Shown piece by piece: positions 9,554 to 14,916 of a stretch of 14,916 bases of DNA; position 1 is the first letter of the stretch, and every line of letters begins with the position of its first letter. The stretch spans positions 1-14,916 of the forward strand of contig JAQGDQ010002103.1 of NCBI GenBank assembly GCA_030141605.1, given 5' to 3'. Source of the stretch: Tubiluchus corallicola (Eukaryota; Animalia; Priapulida). Both the position numbers and the translations under genes were made by a program. Under the pieces are notes generated by a model. It was not told where the DNA came from and did not search any database. It was given only the letters and a program-made list of their open reading frames with translations.

Positions 9554-10113
9554 GCGTTCATACTTCTCAGCAAGTGGGCCTAACTTGCAAGCGTGTTAAG
9601 ACTAGAATGCAAAACTTGCTGCGAGTTACTCTCAGGCAGTGAGCGCGAACTGGCACTCCTCTGTTCCCTGCGAGAAGTGTTAAAAGTAACTCGCGGAAGC
9701 GTTCACACTAGGCAGTAAATCAACTCGCAGCAACTGTCGGAGAGTTTGCAATAACTTACCGACAATAACTCGCAAAACAGTTCACACTTGTAAGTTTGCT
9801 GCCAGAGCGAAAACTCATGACAGGAAACTCGCTAGGCTGAATGCGCCGTTGGTACTTTTAAAAGACTGACCAACATTAACAACACATTCAGACTCTTTGA
9901 CAGTAATCTCGTAAGTGTGAACTGCTTTGAGAGTTACTGTGTGCACAAAATCACGAGTTCTCCGACAACTGCTGCGAGTTACAATCGACTTTTCGTGCTG
10001 CAAATAGAGCAGTGAGTGTCAGCTCGTGCTTAGTGTCAGACAGTAACACGCTTTCCAATTATTTGGTAAGTTACTTGGCGGTTTTACCTGGCGTTTGCTA
10101 GCCGGAACGAACG
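9554..10113. mobile_element. Old palindromic (MITE-like) element with nested inverted repeats
   Basis: 68-bp inverted arms 9722-9789 and 9913-9980 (blocks matching 20/22 and 22/24); local inverted pair at ~9619-9630 and ~9685-9696; recurring GTTCACACT and AACTCGC motifs. Outer ends approximate, no TSD found. Confidence 0.55.
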
Positions 10114-10436
10114 CTGGTAAGTCACGGTTCTTTAACGTTTACTTTACACGTCGAGGTTCGCTTCAACTTTGAATGCTAAGTAATGACCGCACCGTATTAG
10201 TAGTAGACAAACGTATATATTCAGTAGGGCTGGTAATGCTAGGGTAATGCTAACTAGCTTCAGTAGGAGTAAGAAACTTTTAGCTTCGGTAGGAATGGCA
10301 ATACAACGGTAGCAGTAGGGCTAACGGTCATTTAAACTTCAATGTGGCTAGCAACTCTACGTAGCGTTAGCTCCCGTAAGACTAGCAGACTTTTAGCTTC
10401 AGCAAGGTAAAGTAGCATGCTAGTAATAAATATTTG

Positions 10437-12112
10437 CCTTCAGTTGGTGTGGCAACTCTAGGGTACCACTAGGACTACTAAACATTTACCTTCAGTTGGT
10501 GTGGCAACTCTAGGGTACCACTAGGACTACTAAACATTTACCTTCAGTTGGTGTGGCAACTCTAGGGTACCTCTAGGACTACTAAACATTTACCTTCAGT
10601 TGGTGTGGCAACTCTAGGGTACCACTAGGACTGCTAAACATTTACCTTCAGTTGGTGTGGCAACTCTAGGGTACCTCTAGGACTACTAAACATTTACCTT
10701 CAGTTGGTGTGGCAACTCTAGGGTACCACTGGGACTACTAAACATTTACCTTCAGTTGGGGTGGTAACACTAGGGTACCACTAGGACTACTAAACATTTA
10801 CCTTCAGTTGGTGTGGCAACTCTAGGGTACCTCTAGGACTACTAAACATTTACCTTCAGTTAGTGTGGCAACTCTAGGGTACCACTAGGACTACTAAACA
10901 TTTACCTTCAGTTGGTGTGGCAACACTATGGTACCACTAGCACTACTAAACATTTACCTTCAGTTGGTGTGGCAACTCTAGGGTACCTCTAGGACTACTA
11001 AACATTTACCTTCAGTTAGTGTGGCAACTCTAGGGTACCACTAGGACTACTAAACATTTACCTTCAGTTGATGTGGCACCACTAGGGTACCACTATGACT
11101 ACTAAACATTTACCTTCAGTTGGTATGGCAACACTATGGTACCTCTAGGACTACTAAACATTTACCTTCAGTTAGTGTGGCAATACTAGGGTACCAGTAG
11201 GACTACTAAACATTTACCTTCAGTTGGTGTGGCAACACTATGGTACCACTAGGACTACTAAACATTTACCTTCAGTTGGTGTGGCAACTCTAGGGTACCT
11301 CTAGGACTACTAAACATTTACCTTCAGTTGGTGTGGCAATACTAGGGTACCACTAGGACTACTAAACATTTACCTTCAGTTGGTGTGGCAACACTAGGGT
11401 ACCACTAGGACTACTAAACATTTACCTTCAGTTAGTGTGGCAATACTAGGGTACCTCTAGGACTACTAAACATTTACCTTCAATTGGTGTGGCAACTCTA
11501 GGGTACCTCTAGGACTACTAAACATTTACCTTCACTTGGTGTGGCAATACTAGGGTACCTCTAGGACTACTAAACATTTACCTTCAATTGGTGTGGCAAC
11601 TCTAGGGTACCACTAGGATTACTAAACATTTACCTTCAATTGGTGTGGCAACTCTAGGGTACCACTAGGACTACTAAACATTTACCTTCAGTTGGTGTGG
11701 TAACTCTAGGGTACCACTAGGACTACTAAACATTTACCTTCAGTTGGTGTGGCAACTCTAGGGTACCACTAGGACTACTAAACATTTACCTTCAGTTAGT
11801 GTGGTAACACTAGGGTACCACTAGGACTACTAAACATTTACCTTCAGTTAGTGTGGTAACACTAGGGTACCACTAGGACTACTAAACATTTACCTTCAGT
11901 TGGTGTGGCAACACTAGGGTACCACTAGGACAACTAAATGTACCTTCAGTTGGTGTGGCAACACTAGGGTACCACTAGGACAACTAATTGTACCTTCAGT
12001 TGGTGTGGCAACACTAGGGTACCACTAGGACAACTAAATGTACCTTCAGTTGGTGTGGCAACACTAGGGTACCACTAGGACAACTAAATGTACCTTCAGT
12101 TGGTGTGGCAAC
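10437..12112. repeat. Tandem satellite, 52-bp unit (28 copies) followed by four 50-bp variants and a partial unit
   Basis: Unit CCTTCAGTTGGTGTGGCAACTCTAGGGTACCACTAGGACTACTAAACATTTA; register 10441 to 11897 = 1456 bp = 28 x 52; then 50-bp spacing at 11947, 11997, 12047, 12097. Confidence 0.98.
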
Positions 12113-12696
12113 CAGCATTAAGCTAACGAATTTGGCAAACTGGGATTAAGAATAAATCACATTCACGCTTACAATGTAATTGGTTGGTTTTATAATGTCT
12201 TTGGGAACCAGGGTAAGGTCACCTTTTGGCGTCGTTTCGAATTTAAAGTTTTAAACTCGAAACAGCAGTTGTTGCTGAAAACAAATTTCACACCTTTGAG
12301 AGTTGTAAACCTTTGACAGCTACTCTGCAGTTTTACGATTATGAACAAGCCAGAGTGTGTAATAGACGCCACACGTCCCTAAACGCCAGAAGCGTTATTT
12401 CCTAACCTTCGCCTCCAAGGTTGCGATCTTGACTCTTTGAAATCTGGCTAAACTCTCACGAGGAACGCGTCTGAATTTTGAACACGTTTTGAAGGTGGCT
12501 CTAGGTTAACGCTTAATTGAACTGGTCCTATGCAAACAATGAAAGTGTTCACGCATTTTGTAAGATTAAGTCCGCGTGGACTCCTAGTTGAAAACTGTAA
12601 GCAGATTATTTAAGTGAAGTCAAATTCAGCCTAGACGGATCCTTCTATTAGGCCCAACAATCTCCGTCCGATATTAGGCTAGGCATGGCGTTTCTG

Positions 12697-13789
12697 TAGG
12701 TTTTACACGTCAAATGTAGACGCAGGAAAGTTCAAATGTGACTTAGGTAAGTCAAATGTAGACATAGCAATTTCGAATGTGTTTTGGTAACTCAAATGTG
12801 ACTTAGGTAAGTCAAATGTAGACTCAGGAAAGTTCAAATGTGACTTAGGTAAGTCAAATGTAGACTCAGGAAAGTTCAAACGTGACTTAGGTAAGTCAAA
12901 TGTAGACTTAGTAATTTCGAATGTGTTTTGGTAACTCAAATGTGACTTAGGTAAGCAAATGTAGATGCGGTACTTTGAATAAATCGGTAATTAACTCATT
13001 TAAGTGCAAATTAGAAAAAGATAAACCAAATTAAAATTATATTTTATGTTCATGGTGCTAGCGGCAGCATCAATTTTTATTATATTTAATTAATTTGCAA
13101 CAATTTGTATGGACCTTAATACATTTTTCAAGTATAAAGAAAATGTTTATTTGATAAGAACACGTAAAATTGTTGTACATAAAAAGTAATGCATTTTTAA
13201 GTAACGCATTAGCACTGCATTATTGAATTAGTTTCTCTCAAGAAACATTGTTTATTTTAAGAATGTATTGTTTTCTCTAGCAGTTCCAATGGTATGTAAA
13301 GTTTGCAGAATATTAGTGAATCTATAACGTTGTTATTTTAACTTAAGAGCAATTATTAAATTGAAATTAAAGAAGATTAAATTTTACTTCCTTAAACTTT
13401 GCCATCTATACACATTTGAGATACCAATGTCACATTTGACTTGACATGTGTCTACGTTTAACTTACCAAAAGTGGTTAAGATTTGTTGAAAACCATTGCT
13501 AGCACATTTGAACTACCTAAGTCTACATTTGAGTTACCAAGACACATTTCAATTACCTAAATCTACATTTGAGTTACCAATGTCACATTTGACTTGACAT
13601 GTATCTACATTTGACTTACCAAAAACGCTTTGTTGAAAACCATTAACACATTTGAATTACGTAAGTCTATATTTGAGTTACCAAGACCCATTTAAACTAC
13701 CTAAGTCTACATTTGAGTTACCAAGACACATTTGAATTACTTAAATCTACATTTGAGTTAACGCAGGTCAACATTTGACATGTAGATAC
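12697..13789. mobile_element. Foldback/MITE-like DNA element, long copy (same family and orientation as 8934-9342)
   Basis: Left TIR TAGGTTTTACACGTCAAATGTAGAC identical to the short copy; left arm to ~12965, AT-rich core to ~13410, right arm colinear with the short copy from ~13585; right TIR degraded (GTCAACATTTGACATGTAGATAC). Confidence 0.85.
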
Positions 13790-14077
13790 TGATAAGTTTC
13801 GCGGACGTTGATCGGCACGCGTTGCACATGTTCGTGTAAATTTGTTAAAAACATGTGACTTTTTTTCATTTTAAAACATAATACGCATTTGCTCTTACAC
13901 TTTAGTAGATGTGAACAACCAGGAAACACCCTTTGTACAGGAATCAGTTCTATATACATATTCTAACTTTACTTACTTATCAGACGATGTCAAGCTAAAA
14001 TTTTCGATTTAGAAATTCTCAAATTTGTTTGTAATTTTTGGTTCAAAATGCTACATAAAATTTGTTTTATAAATTTA

Positions 14078-14098
14078 AAAAACGACCTATATTTATGT

Positions 14099-14185
<87 letters not shown>

Positions 14186-14216
14186 TATATACATACATAT
14201 AGGTCGTTTTTATATG

Positions 14217-14247
<31 letters not shown>

Positions 14248-14318
14248 ATATAGTTATATATTGATATATAAAATATGTATATATCAATCCTAGTTTTATA
14301 TATATATAAAACTAGGAT
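14078..14318. repeat. (TA)n microsatellites embedded in three adjacent palindromes
   Basis: 14078-14211 imperfect palindrome with arms AAAAACGACCTATAT/ATATAGGTCGTTTTT; 14260-14288 hairpin with 11-bp arms; 14287-14318 perfect 32-bp palindrome. Confidence 0.9.
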
Positions 14319-14899
14319 CGTTTATGTAAATTAAATACTATAATCATGTCTACGTAACTACCGTAAATATATGTATATCTATGTTATACTATAGGGACTA
14401 TACAGCAAAGTTTGATGTTTTGTATTTAGTTTTAATTATTGAATTTAACTTGTATCATTGTGTTGTTAGTAACGTAGTGTATGTTTTGTAGTGTTATATA
14501 TGTACGTATTTATATTTTTGTAAACAGTGTATGTGTTGTGTGAATAGTAATTATTCACTAAATATATGCAAATATATTTGTAACCCTAATTGCCTAGCTA
14601 TGTTAAACAATTATCCTAGGGTTGCCAGGCTTAGAGGAATTACAATGTTTGTAAGGCTTACTTTAGCTAAATCTTGATAGTCACACAACTATCACAAGAT
14701 TTGCCAAAATAACTTTTAAGCGAAATAGTTTATCTCTTCGTGAGTGTGTAATTAGAAAGGGGATCAGTTTTTTAAAACAAAAGGAGACAACCACTGTGGC
14801 TCTCAAGTTTTGTCAGATTCGGTGCAGATTTTCATATATTTTTTTGTTTCTTGTCAAATGCCCAACAAGCGCTGATGAGGTTTAGATATAAACTACTAC

Positions 14900-14916
14900 C
14901 TGGCTGTTTTTTCTAG
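14900..14916 (+). other. Candidate 3' splice acceptor of the next VGLUT exon
   Basis: Window ends in CTGGCTGTTTTTTCTAG (pyrimidine tract + TAG); the expected GSFFWGY-type exon is not seen in the window. Confidence 0.4.

Noticed and set aside
9373-9642. 89-aa ORF as a standalone gene
   Set aside because: Only 9408-9531 is VGLUT-like and bounded by splice sites; the flanks are intron read-through.
10437-12112. Common origin of the 52-bp and 72-bp satellites (TTTACC..CAGT.GG)
   Set aside because: Shared words are too short to exceed chance; no extended alignment is visible.
12703-12939. Repetitive ORF (STFDLPKSHLNFPE)
   Set aside because: Translation of foldback subterminal repeats; no transposase motifs.
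14872-14900. Hammerhead-like CTGATGA followed by hairpin GTTTA-GATA-TAAAC
   Set aside because: The required GAAA after stem II is absent (ACTA) and no stems I/III are evident.

Overview
Eukaryotic (animal, probably invertebrate) AT-rich genomic DNA; nothing here looks prokaryotic. The + strand carries two coding exons (5361-5486, 9408-9531) that splice in frame into the N-terminus, TM1 and first lumenal loop of a vesicular glutamate transporter (VGLUT, SLC17A6/7/8-like). The first coding exon could not be pinned down, and the window ends on a likely splice acceptor. The rest is non-coding and repeat-rich: a 72-bp satellite, a 52-bp satellite, a core-plus-(TCAC)n composite minisatellite, compound microsatellites, two copies of a foldback-like TIR element flanking the TM1 exon, and AT-rich palindromes. 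The most notable object is a ~507-bp antisense insertion (7668-8174) with a 17-bp target-site duplication. It is an internally deleted RTE-clade retrotransposon whose 5' end starts exactly at the cleavage site of a twister self-cleaving ribozyme and whose 3' end keeps the ORF C-terminus and a (GAA)12 tail. Most ORFs in the supplied track are repeat artefacts.
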